Positions 15,820 through 24,083 of a stretch of 64,000 nucleotides of DNA are shown piece after piece. Source of the stretch: an uncultured virus (IMG/VR IMGVR_UViG_3300044970_001083) (Duplodnaviria; Heunggongvirae; Uroviricota; Caudoviricetes); the IMG/VR virus record IMGVR_UViG_3300044970_001083. One strand, written 5' to 3'. Position 1 is the stretch's first letter. Each line of letters starts with the position of its first letter. The position numbers and the translations under genes are program-made. The notes under the pieces are model-generated. The model was not told the origin of the DNA. It did no database searches and saw only the letters and a program-made list of their open reading frames with translations.

Positions 15820-18008
15820 TTTCTTCCTCCTCTTGAACCTGGTGAATTGCTTCCTGAGCCTCCACCAGAACTTCCTCCACCTGTGCTTCCACCTGTTGCT
15901 CCTCCTGCTGCAACTGCTGCTGCGTTAATCGCTGCTCCTGTTGCCACAACTGTTGCCACAACCATATCTGTTGCTTCTTCTCTTTCGCCTTCAGTCATAT
16001 CTGCACCAATACTTCCAAGGGCTGCTAGGGCTGCACCAGGATCAGTAAAGACTGCTTCTAATAATGCTCCTGGATCTTGAACTAACTCTATATTTGCTGC
16101 TACTTCTGCTGTAATTACCAATACCTCGCCAGATTCAGAAGTTCTAAGTTCAATAGGTGTTTCTGGTGGAAGGTCTGCATATGAAACTCCAGATGCCTGT
16201 ACTTGTGCTGCTGAAATTGATTCTCCTGGTGCTAGGTTTTCTATAAGTGCTGCTACGACAACATCTTTTTGTTCTTCAGTTAACTCTTTGCCATCTTTTG
16301 TATCTTCAAGTATTTCGTTTAATTCTTCTTCTTCTGCTTTTGCTTCTTCTTCAGCAGCCTTTTCTTCTTCTAATTCTTTTGCTTCGGCTTCTTCAGCAAT
16401 TCTTTTTTCTTCTGCAAGTGCTTCAGCCTCTGCTTCTGCCTTTGCTTTTGCAATGGCCTCTTCTTCTGCTGCTATACGCTCAGCCTCAGCCTCTGCCTCT
16501 TCCGCAATTCTTTCTTCTTCCGCTATGCGCTCTGCTTCTATGCGTTCTGCCTCTGCTTTTGCCTCTGTTTCTGCTTTTTCTTCTGCTGCTTTAATTTCTG
16601 CTGCAATCCGATCTGCTTCTTCTTGGGCTTCTATCTCTGCTTTAATTCTTGCTGCTTCAATCTCTGCCTCTATGCGCTCTGCTTCTGCTTTTGCTTCTGC
16701 TTCTGCCCTAACTCTTTCTGCTTCTTGTGCTGCTTGAAGTGCAGCAATTCTTTCAGCCTCTGCTTGGGCTGCTGCTGCTTGGGCTGCAATCAATGCTGCA
16801 GTTTCGGCCTGTATTCTTGCTGCTTCTGCTTGCTGTGCTGCTGCTTGTGCTGCAGTTGTTGCAGCAATTTCTGCTTCAGTTGGCCCAGTTGGTATTGTCA
16901 CAGTTGTTGTTTCGCTAGGTGTAGGTGTAGTGACTGTTAATGTTTCACTAGGTGTTGTCACGGTTTCTGTTTCAGGTGTAGGTGTAGTGACTGTTGATGT
17001 TTCACTAGGTGTTGTCACGGTTTCTGTTTCAGGTGTTGGCGTTGTTACTGTTATTGTTTCAGGTGTAGGTATTGTTACTGTTGCTGTTTGAGAAGGGCTA
17101 GGGGTTGGAGTAGGGGTAGGCTCTGGAGCAGGGGCTACATATGTAGAACCAGTAACAACATTTGAATTTGCAGAGTAAAGGGAGAAGGTATCGTTATCTG
17201 ATCTAATATGAAATGACCATACTGTTCCTGCTGGCATAAGACCATCTAGCAAGGAATGGTCAATTGTAATTGTTGTATTTAAAGAGTTTGGTCCGCCAAC
17301 ATTTCCAGTAGCAATTCCCCAGCCATTGCACCCAGTACAATTAAAACTAATTGCATATCTTTCTGGCTGAGTGTTTCCAGTGTCTGGTGCTTCCCAGTTT
17401 AATATTGTTGAGGTTTCTCCACTAATAATAGTTAAATTTCTTGGAGGTCCTATTGTTTTTACTACTGGTGCTGCTTGAGATGTAAAGGCTTCTGCTGGGA
17501 TGATCTGCATTGATCCAGATTGATTCCAGTAAAGTTTTACATTTGCTCCCCCGCCATTTTCATAATACATTAATTCTATTGTTTTAGGTACTCCCGCTGT
17601 AAAAGATATTGGTTCAGTCGTAGTTCCTCCGCCACCTTTGTCAACCCAGTCATTTGCTACTAAAACTCCGTCAATGTATAGTTTTGTGCCGTCATCTGCT
17701 GTTGCTAAAAATGATATATCTTGAGTAGAATCGCTTCTAATAGATCCTGTAAAACGAACAATAACATCCTCTGATGGTCCACCTAAAACGCTGCCAAGAC
17801 CCCACTGGAAGTCAATGTTGGGTACAGTGGTAGTCACGACTGGAGAGGCTCCCTGGGGTATGTAGGGAGAGCCATTTTGTCCCAGCACATTATAGACCTC
17901 AGCAGTTATGCCGTTAGTGTTTGTGGCACCTGCTTCTTCTGAAAATACAAAGAAGGAAGTGGCTAAAACTATACACAATACTACAAGGATTCGGGCAATC
18001 CGTTTCAA
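15813..18008 (-). CDS. Surface protein: signal peptide, PA14 domain, FN3-like domain, Pro/Thr repeats, Ala/Glu coiled-coil stalk, C-terminal anchor
   Basis: NIDFQWG, ATADDGTKLYIDG, YYENGGGA (PA14); PPRNL..LNWEAP (FN3); hydrophobic C-terminal segment followed by GGRRKW-like basic end. Confidence 0.8.
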   Translation of the reverse strand: MKRIARILVVLCIVLATSFFVFSEEAGATNTNGITAEVYNVLGQNGSPYIPQGASPVVTTTVPNIDFQWGLGSVLGGPSEDVIVRFTGSIRSDSTQDISFLATADDGTKLYIDGVLVANDWVDKGGGGTTTEPISFTAGVPKTIELMYYENGGGANVKLYWNQSGSMQIIPAEAFTSQAAPVVKTIGPPRNLTIISGETSTILNWEAPDTGNTQPERYAISFNCTGCNGWGIATGNVGGPNSLNTTITIDHSLLDGLMPAGTVWSFHIRSDNDTFSLYSANSNVVTGSTYVAPAPEPTPTPTPSPSQTATVTIPTPETITVTTPTPETETVTTPSETSTVTTPTPETETVTTPSETLTVTTPTPSETTTVTIPTGPTEAEIAATTAAQAAAQQAEAARIQAETAALIAAQAAAAQAEAERIAALQAAQEAERVRAEAEAKAEAERIEAEIEAARIKAEIEAQEEADRIAAEIKAAEEKAETEAKAEAERIEAERIAEEERIAEEAEAEAERIAAEEEAIAKAKAEAEAEALAEEKRIAEEAEAKELEEEKAAEEEAKAEEEELNEILEDTKDGKELTEEQKDVVVAALIENLAPGESISAAQVQASGVSYADLPPETPIELRTSESGEVLVITAEVAANIELVQDPGALLEAVFTDPGAALAALGSIGADMTEGEREEATDMVVATVVATGAAINAAAVAAGGATGGSTGGGSSGGGSGSNSPGSRGGRKW
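16917..17036. repeat. 57-bp in-frame tandem repeat (~2 copies) encoding TPTPETETVTTPSETxTVT
   Basis: Units offset by 57 bp (16924 and 16981) with one mismatch. Confidence 0.85.
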
Positions 18009-18015
18009 TTATCTC

Positions 18016-18055
18016 TCCTAATCAAACTGGGTAGTCTGATAGGATTATTATAACA
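18016..18055 (-). promoter_or_regulatory. Promoter plus SD-occluding hairpin of the PA14 gene
   Basis: TGTTATAAT at 18047-18055; UCCUAUCAGACU-ACCC-AGUUUGAUUAGGA stem overlaps the SD; TTG start. Confidence 0.55.
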
Positions 18056-18081
18056 TTAAATTATAAAATGAGATTATAAAA

Positions 18082-18109
18082 TGAGCAGTTTTAAGACGTA
18101 CTCAGGTCT
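18082..18109 (-). other. Putative H-type RNA pseudoknot downstream of hsp20 copy 2
   Basis: AGAC-CUGAGUAC-GUCU-UAAAAC-UGCUCA: P1 AGAC/GUCU, P2 UGAGUA/UGCUCA. Confidence 0.5.
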
Positions 18110-18115
18110 ATTTTT

Positions 18116-18532
18116 TTACTTAATTTTAATTGATTTTGGTTTCTTTTCTTCTGGAATATTACGTGTAACTTTAATACTTAACATTCCATCAATTAAATCA
18201 GCAGTTGTTACTTCCATATATTCACCAAGAGCAAATGAACGAGTAAACTTTCTTGCAGCGATTCCTTTATGTAATACTTCTGCATCTGTTACTGTTACCT
18301 GTTCTCCCTTGATAATTAATGTTCCCTGGTCTACTGAAATATCAAGGCTTTCTTTACTAAACCCTGCTACCGCTAGAGTAATAATATAGTTATCATTATC
18401 TAGTTTAAGTAGATCATATGGTGGGAATCCACCTGCATTAATTGAATGTGCTTGGTTTAATCTGTCTAATTCCCGATTAAATCCAATAAAAAAAGGATCT
18501 TTAAAAAGATCCATAGCGAACGTTGTTACCAT
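18116..18532 (-). CDS. hsp20: Small heat-shock protein Hsp20 (copy 2)
   Basis: Same 138-aa length as copy 1 and closely similar sequence. Confidence 0.95.
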   Translation of the reverse strand: MVTTFAMDLFKDPFFIGFNRELDRLNQAHSINAGGFPPYDLLKLDNDNYIITLAVAGFSKESLDISVDQGTLIIKGEQVTVTDAEVLHKGIAARKFTRSFALGEYMEVTTADLIDGMLSIKVTRNIPEEKKPKSIKIK

Positions 18533-18538
18533 TTTTTT

Positions 18539-18596
18539 CTCCTTTTCAGCGAGTTAATTTATATCCCCGTTAGGCGGATACTATATTATTATAACA
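18539..18596 (-). promoter_or_regulatory. hsp20 promoter plus ROSE-like thermometer
   Basis: TGTTATAAT at 18588-18596; 5' hairpin; CUC-G-CU-GAAA-AG-GAG with the UCGCU motif pairing to SD AGGAG. Confidence 0.65.
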
Positions 18597-18597
18597 C

Positions 18598-18626
18598 AAA
18601 AGGCAGGGAACTTATGTTACCCTGCC
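18598..18626 (-). terminator. Intrinsic terminator
   Basis: GGCAGGG/CCCTGCC stem followed by TTTT. Confidence 0.7.
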
Positions 18627-18642
18627 CTAAGTGTTGGATTAT

Positions 18643-20406
18643 TTACTTCTTTAGTGCAACCTTAGCCTTTGGATTAGCCTTGTTCCACTTTGTAGCCAAC
18701 TTGTTATAGTCAGCCTTTGCTTTTGCTGCTGCTGCGTCTGCAAGAGTCTTAGCAGTTAGCGCTTCTGCTGAAGCACTAGCCTTAGCAAGCAAAGCCTCTG
18801 AAAGAGCCTTATCTGACAGTGCCTTATCAGCCTTAAGTGTTGCAACTTCTGCTTTAAGACTATCAAATATTCCCTGCATTGCACTGATCTGTGCAGCAAG
18901 TGCTGCAAGGGTGGCGTTTGTGCTAGAAGAAGAGTTTGACACTCTTGCTTGAGCAGTTACTAGAACTTGACCAGCAAGTGGCAATGATGTTCCACCTGTT
19001 GCTGAAATAGTTACAGTGTTTTCTGTCAAAGGCATAAATACCTTGTATGACTTAACTGTATCTGTATCAGTTGTAATTGATGTTGCTGTAAGAACATCTG
19101 AACCTGAACCAAATGCATAGGTTGAAGTAATTCCACCTGTAGCAAATAGATTAGCATGAGTCTTTCCAGATACTGGAAGACCTGCTGCATCAAGAACCTG
19201 TACCTTAAGGGTTGCTGCTTCTCCTGGAAGGTATACTTCCTTATCAAATGACAACTTAACTGTTGATACTGCTGATTCTACACGAGCAGCAACTGGAACA
19301 GAAACAATAGTTCCTGCTGAGTTCTTGACTGTAATAGTTGCTGATCCTGCCTTGATGCCAGTAACTGTGAATAGTGCTTCACCGTTTACGATTGTTGCTG
19401 CTGTACCTGAATCAGATACTGTTGTAATATCGCTTGAATAAGCGTAAAGTGTTCCAGCACCGACTGTTACGCCTGATGCATCCTTTGCAACTGCCTTTAC
19501 AGTAGTTGTGTTTGCTCCAACTGCGATAACAGACTTAACTGGAGTTGCTACTATTGTAGCAATATCTCCGTAGAATGTTACTTTCTCTGTTGCAATTACT
19601 GTTCCTGTAAGTGTTGAAAGAGTGATTGTTCCAACTCCTGCTGTACCGTCAGCAAATACACCAATGTAGTTTCCTGTAGGAATTACCAGTGAACGACCAA
19701 GAGCAGACATGGTTGTAGCGTTTGTGCCATATCCAATCAAACCTGTTCCTGAAACTGTTGCAAGAATTGATTCAGTTGCTGGACCGCCTACTGCATTCCT
19801 AGGAGTAACAACAATAACTGCTGCTGCATCTGTAGATGTTGCCTTTGCTGCATAAACTGAAGCATCTGTTGTCGCACTTGTGACTTCTCCTGCATTTAGG
19901 ATTGATGTTGTATTTGAAGGAAATGGAGTTATATCCGCTGCCTTCACTGTTACTGTCCAAGATGCTGTTGGTCCATTGACTGGGCTAGTTGTTAAAATCT
20001 TAGCCTCATATGTTCCTGCTACTGTTGGAGCGCTCAAAGTTACCAAAAACTTTGCTGTTACATATGTTGGAGTGTTAACTGTTGAGTTAATATTTGCTAA
20101 AACATTGCTACCTGCAATTACTACTGAGGCTGTTGATGTTTCTAGAAGTGATAGGGTTGCAGACTTTGCTGATCCCGCTGGTTGTGAAAACATAGCAGAG
20201 ATCACTGTTGCAGTATCTGCTGATGTTTCTGAAATAAATGACAATGTTACCACTGCTGTTGCGGTATCTCCAGATGTCACAACGTCAGTCGCTGAGTCAA
20301 TTGTAAGAGTTGGTGCATTAACAGCAGCACTTGTCGGAAGTGCTGTTAGTACGCCAAAAGACATTGCTGCAGCGATGCCTAGGGCGATTTTCTTAAATGA
20401 ATTCAT
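18643..20406 (-). CDS. Secreted Ala/Thr-rich Ig-like (S-layer-like) surface protein
   Basis: Start moved to MNSFKKIALGIAAAM (SD AAGGAG); signal peptide; beta-rich Ig-like repeats; C-terminal coiled coil with a basic end. Confidence 0.7.
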   Translation of the reverse strand: MNSFKKIALGIAAAMSFGVLTALPTSAAVNAPTLTIDSATDVVTSGDTATAVVTLSFISETSADTATVISAMFSQPAGSAKSATLSLLETSTASVVIAGSNVLANINSTVNTPTYVTAKFLVTLSAPTVAGTYEAKILTTSPVNGPTASWTVTVKAADITPFPSNTTSILNAGEVTSATTDASVYAAKATSTDAAAVIVVTPRNAVGGPATESILATVSGTGLIGYGTNATTMSALGRSLVIPTGNYIGVFADGTAGVGTITLSTLTGTVIATEKVTFYGDIATIVATPVKSVIAVGANTTTVKAVAKDASGVTVGAGTLYAYSSDITTVSDSGTAATIVNGEALFTVTGIKAGSATITVKNSAGTIVSVPVAARVESAVSTVKLSFDKEVYLPGEAATLKVQVLDAAGLPVSGKTHANLFATGGITSTYAFGSGSDVLTATSITTDTDTVKSYKVFMPLTENTVTISATGGTSLPLAGQVLVTAQARVSNSSSSTNATLAALAAQISAMQGIFDSLKAEVATLKADKALSDKALSEALLAKASASAEALTAKTLADAAAAKAKADYNKLATKWNKANPKAKVALKK

Positions 20407-20452
20407 TTTTCTCCTTGGTTTTATGTTATATCTGACATTTCGCCAGAATTCT

Positions 20453-20482
20453 ATTATAGCAGATATAGACAATCTGTGTCAA
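20453..20482 (-). promoter_or_regulatory. Consensus SigA promoter
   Basis: TTGACA-18 nt-TATAAT with TG extension. Confidence 0.75.
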
Positions 20483-21216
20483 ACTAGGTTTTCTTTAATT
20501 AATTTTAATGTTCTTTTATTCATGCCAGAATTAACAAATTTATCATAAAGATATGACAATGACCTATTTGGATCATACCTTTTGTATGTTGTGGCAGCAT
20601 AGACAATGTCTTCTATTTCTGGTGTTGCTATAAACTTTTTTAGTTTAACATTATCATGAGTTTTAAAATTAATATACATCAATGGGTCATTTTTTTCAGA
20701 TATAATTACTTTGTCTGAGTTGTCATAAAATTGTAATGCTGCGTTTACTGGTCTGAACCATTTAGAAATATCATAACTTCCTGGAATTATGTATCCGTTT
20801 TTACAAAAGTTGCTTTTGTGCATAAAGGGACTTAATATTTCAATTTCTACAGGTTGTTCTGAAAAAAATAAATATCCAGGAGTATAGTTAAAATTATAGA
20901 CATCTTCAATTTGCAAAACTCTATTCGTAAAAAGTTTATCTAAATCTCTGTTACCTAAATTAAAAACTTTACTTTTTTCTACTCTTACGTTTATATCAAA
21001 AGGATTTTTCATTACGTACATATTTTTTGTATATTGCAAAAATGATCTACAAGAAAACATAGAAGCAATGTTTTCAATATTTTTATTTTGATTTTGTTTT
21101 AAATCTTTATATACAGGAAACAATCCTTCATCTAACATTGCTAACGTCATGTTAGAATCAAATATGTTATCTACTTTTGACTGTGTTGCTTTAACAGCAT
21201 AATATATTTCAATCAT
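20479..21216 (-). CDS. Accessory hypothetical protein (possibly a distant DUF6065-like protein)
   Basis: C..F....KN.YV.KNPF...IIPGSYDISKWFRPVN; very AT-rich. Confidence 0.55.
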   Translation of the reverse strand: MIEIYYAVKATQSKVDNIFDSNMTLAMLDEGLFPVYKDLKQNQNKNIENIASMFSCRSFLQYTKNMYVMKNPFDINVRVEKSKVFNLGNRDLDKLFTNRVLQIEDVYNFNYTPGYLFFSEQPVEIEILSPFMHKSNFCKNGYIIPGSYDISKWFRPVNAALQFYDNSDKVIISEKNDPLMYINFKTHDNVKLKKFIATPEIEDIVYAATTYKRYDPNRSLSYLYDKFVNSGMNKRTLKLIKENLV

Positions 21217-23000
21217 AATAAATTCAACTTTCCTAAAAATTCTTTAACATCATCTGGCATTTCGTTGTTTCTTTCATTTTCCAACTCTTGCCTCTTTTGC
21301 CTTTGCATTTCTCTGTGTGCGCTTGACCAAGTTCTAACCTCTACTTCAAGATTATTTTCTTTACTAGTATATGATATCGCACCAAAGGCTGCTCCGCAAA
21401 CTGCGTCAGCCAAGTCTTTAGAAGATTTACGTGGATGGTCTACACGATTATTTTTCATAATCTTAAGTTCAGATAATTCTTCTAATAAAAGTGGAATGCT
21501 TGGCATAACAATTCTATCCTCATAAATAAGCATAGCCAAATCTTCATAATGTTTTTTAGCAACTGAAACTGTGTCTGTATTAATATTTACAGCCTTAAGT
21601 TCTTGCTGAATATCATATGATTGCCATCTATCGAATGTTACCTTGCCAATATTAAATCCTAATCTTCTAAGATTAATAATCCAGTTCTTTACCTCACTTA
21701 GGTTGACTGCTCCTTCTTTTTTAGGCTCCCACCATGCAACAGCATCTACTACAACAATTGGCGCTACTTGCTCATAGTCTTTAATAACCTGCAAGTTAAC
21801 CCATTTTTCAACGTGTGCAATTGCTACAGCACACTTATCATGTCTTTGTGCTAAGTCTGCGTGAATGTAATATGTTTTATTTGGATCTGGAACAAACCCT
21901 TGATCAAATCTTCTAAATTCATCTACTGGATTACGAATGGTCATACATTTTTCTAACTTATCCTTTTGTTTAAAGAAAGCATCAGAAGAATATGTTGGCA
22001 TACATAGGAACCGCATCATTGCATCTCCTAAATCTGTATAAAAAGCAATTTTAAAATCATCAATACTTCTAGTTGGGTTTACTTCCCATGTTGGTCTTTT
22101 AAGTGCCCATACTCCAGGGAATTTGTAAGAAATAATATGGTCTTCTTCCCATTCAATTTGTAAAGTATTATCTGGTGTTCCATCGAGCAATGGATTAATT
22201 ATAAACTTATGTGATTTATGAACTACATCTTTGTCTGCTATAACACTCTCGTACTTTTCAGAAATGAAGTCTCCTTGATATCTTGGAAACGATAGCAATA
22301 CAACCTTTCCTAAATCAGGAAAACGAGAATCTACAGTTCCTCTAAATGCCTTATATATATTGTCTGCTGTTTTGCCTTGTTCATTTCCAGTGCCAACCTC
22401 ACTAGCAAACCCAGAAATTTCATCAAGAACTGCAAGCAATAAGTTTAAACCTTCATGGGATTCTCTTTCTGAATGTCCAGAATAAACTGTGATAGTTTTA
22501 TCAAACTCAATAGAATCTACTTTAGCATTATATCTTCCTGCAAACCAAGGAGATCTTTCTATTTTTGTTTTAAATCCTTTGAAGAAGACGTTTTTTGCTT
22601 GTTGGGCGTTGATAGCAACGTTAATAAGGTCAATTGCATCACCAGGCGGTTTGCCAAAATACCTCGCGGGATCTTTAAGACATAGCAACTTATAAACAAT
22701 ATAGGCACAAGCAACAGTTGAAGTGAAGTCCTTGCCACTACCCTTCCCAAGTTGTAAAATAATTTCGTTCTTCGTGTACTTGTCATAATATCTTGCTCCC
22801 TCTACATCCCCCATTAATAATTCAAGGTCTGCCTTTTTATATATTTGACTCATTGCCTCTACAATTTCATATTGTATATCTGACAATGGTGGTTGTCCAA
22901 GATAGTCTGATGACTCAATAAATGTTTTTGCATCTACTGGAGTTTCTTCAAAAGGGTTATCTTGTAACGCTTCTAAAAAATCATTGAACATCGTGGACAA
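21213..23000 (-). CDS. terL: Terminase large subunit
   Basis: Walker A LGKGSGKD, Walker B AVLDE, nuclease HADLA...KDLADA. Confidence 0.9.
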   Translation of the reverse strand: MSTMFNDFLEALQDNPFEETPVDAKTFIESSDYLGQPPLSDIQYEIVEAMSQIYKKADLELLMGDVEGARYYDKYTKNEIILQLGKGSGKDFTSTVACAYIVYKLLCLKDPARYFGKPPGDAIDLINVAINAQQAKNVFFKGFKTKIERSPWFAGRYNAKVDSIEFDKTITVYSGHSERESHEGLNLLLAVLDEISGFASEVGTGNEQGKTADNIYKAFRGTVDSRFPDLGKVVLLSFPRYQGDFISEKYESVIADKDVVHKSHKFIINPLLDGTPDNTLQIEWEEDHIISYKFPGVWALKRPTWEVNPTRSIDDFKIAFYTDLGDAMMRFLCMPTYSSDAFFKQKDKLEKCMTIRNPVDEFRRFDQGFVPDPNKTYYIHADLAQRHDKCAVAIAHVEKWVNLQVIKDYEQVAPIVVVDAVAWWEPKKEGAVNLSEVKNWIINLRRLGFNIGKVTFDRWQSYDIQQELKAVNINTDTVSVAKKHYEDLAMLIYEDRIVMPSIPLLLEELSELKIMKNNRVDHPRKSSKDLADAVCGAAFGAISYTSKENNLEVEVRTWSSAHREMQRQKRQELENERNNEMPDDVKEFLGKLNLL

Positions 23001-23517
23001 TTGTAATCACCTCGTCTGATCTTGATATATCAGACAACCTTTGCATAATTAAATCACGAACCTGTGGATGATCTTTTGCAATATCTTTTAATATATTAAC
23101 AAGAACTTCTTGTCTTTTTTCAATTTCAACCACTTCTTCTGCAAGTTCTTTATTTTCAAGCAATCCTGCTTTTTGCAACATCTCAATTCTTTTTGCTTCA
23201 ATATCTAATACTAATTTAATTCCAGCAGTTTTTGCTCCTAAGTTATTGTTCATTGTTGCTTCATCAATAACTTCATATGCCTTTGCAATAAGTTTTCCAT
23301 AATGTGCATCTGCAGCAGCAAGTGCTTCTTTAGCCCTAGAACGAATGGCATCATTTGCAGATACCATAACTTTCCATTCATTTAAATGTGCAACAACACG
23401 AGTTCTTGGAATACTTAAATCTTTAGAAATTTTTGTTGGATCGCTACCTTTTAAATATTCTTCAACAACCTTATTGATTTCATCTAGATGTTCTACTATT
23501 TCAATATCTTTAGACAT
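22981..23517 (-). CDS. Probable terminase small subunit (HTH plus helical region)
   Basis: N-terminal HTH (PTKISKDLSIPRTRV); directly upstream of terL; start moved to MSKDIE. Confidence 0.55.
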   Translation of the reverse strand: MSKDIEIVEHLDEINKVVEEYLKGSDPTKISKDLSIPRTRVVAHLNEWKVMVSANDAIRSRAKEALAAADAHYGKLIAKAYEVIDEATMNNNLGAKTAGIKLVLDIEAKRIEMLQKAGLLENKELAEEVVEIEKRQEVLVNILKDIAKDHPQVRDLIMQRLSDISRSDEVITIVHDVQ

Positions 23518-23749
23518 TTTTTCCTTCAATTCTATTAATTTCATCTTGTATATAAAAGATAGCCTTCTTTAAATCTTCAATATGTCTATACTCATCTTTT
23601 AATCCTGCTCTCCATAAATATTTAAATGCATTTCCAATATTAAAGTTTCTATGACGGGTAATTTGAATACACTCAACACCAGATGGATCTGACGTGTAAT
23701 GCTCAGGGTGATTCACCTGGTCTACTGTGATTTTAAGACTATCGCTCAT
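23510..23749 (-). CDS. DUF3310 protein
   Basis: DQVNHPEHY...ECI...GNAFKYLWRAGLK...EDLKKAIFY. Confidence 0.85.
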   Translation of the reverse strand: MSDSLKITVDQVNHPEHYTSDPSGVECIQITRHRNFNIGNAFKYLWRAGLKDEYRHIEDLKKAIFYIQDEINRIEGKNV

Positions 23750-23901
23750 CTTTTTGACTTCCTTAATCCAAATTTTGCAAGATAAACATAGATTGTTTCT
23801 ATGCTTGCCCCACACTCTTTTGCAATTTCTTCTGGAGACTTTTTGTCAATAACAAATCTTTTCTTTAGCCATACCTCTGAAGTATAAAGTTTAGCAGACA
23901 T
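23746..23901 (-). CDS. Small HTH protein (51 aa)
   Basis: Not in the ORF track. MSAKLYTSEVWLKKRF...SPEEIAKECGASIETIYVYLAKFGL. Confidence 0.75.
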   Translation of the reverse strand: MSAKLYTSEVWLKKRFVIDKKSPEEIAKECGASIETIYVYLAKFGLRKSKR

Positions 23902-24083
23902 CATGCCTCTTTGTCAACTTTAATAACGGGATCAAGCCTATTCCAATATCCGTGAGGGCTACCTTGATACATCTGTCCAGTTTCACGATCCATCAATATC
24001 CACTTTGTTGGAGCAAGAGTTCTTACAGTTAAGATTACGTCAGAATCTTCCTCTTTAAATAAAAACATGTCTCTATCGCTCAT
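23901..24083 (-). CDS. Hypothetical protein
   Basis: PTKWILMDRETGQMYQG; overlaps both neighbours. Confidence 0.65.
   Translation of the reverse strand: MSDRDMFLFKEEDSDVILTVRTLAPTKWILMDRETGQMYQGSPHGYWNRLDPVIKVDKEA

Noticed and set aside
15725..16940. Alternative-frame ORFs over the PA14 gene (15725-15961, 15847-16080, 16247-16594, 16288-16737, 16623-16940, 16727-16918)
   Set aside because: Shadows of low-complexity Ala/Glu/Gly codons. The real downstream gene is 15640-15819.
18061..18085. TTATAAAATGAG direct repeat as an att site or iteron
   Set aside because: Only two short AT-rich copies, and no integrase or initiator gene nearby.
19880..20548. 222-aa plus-strand ORF
   Set aside because: Antisense shadow of the surface-protein gene; no RBS and no recognisable motif.
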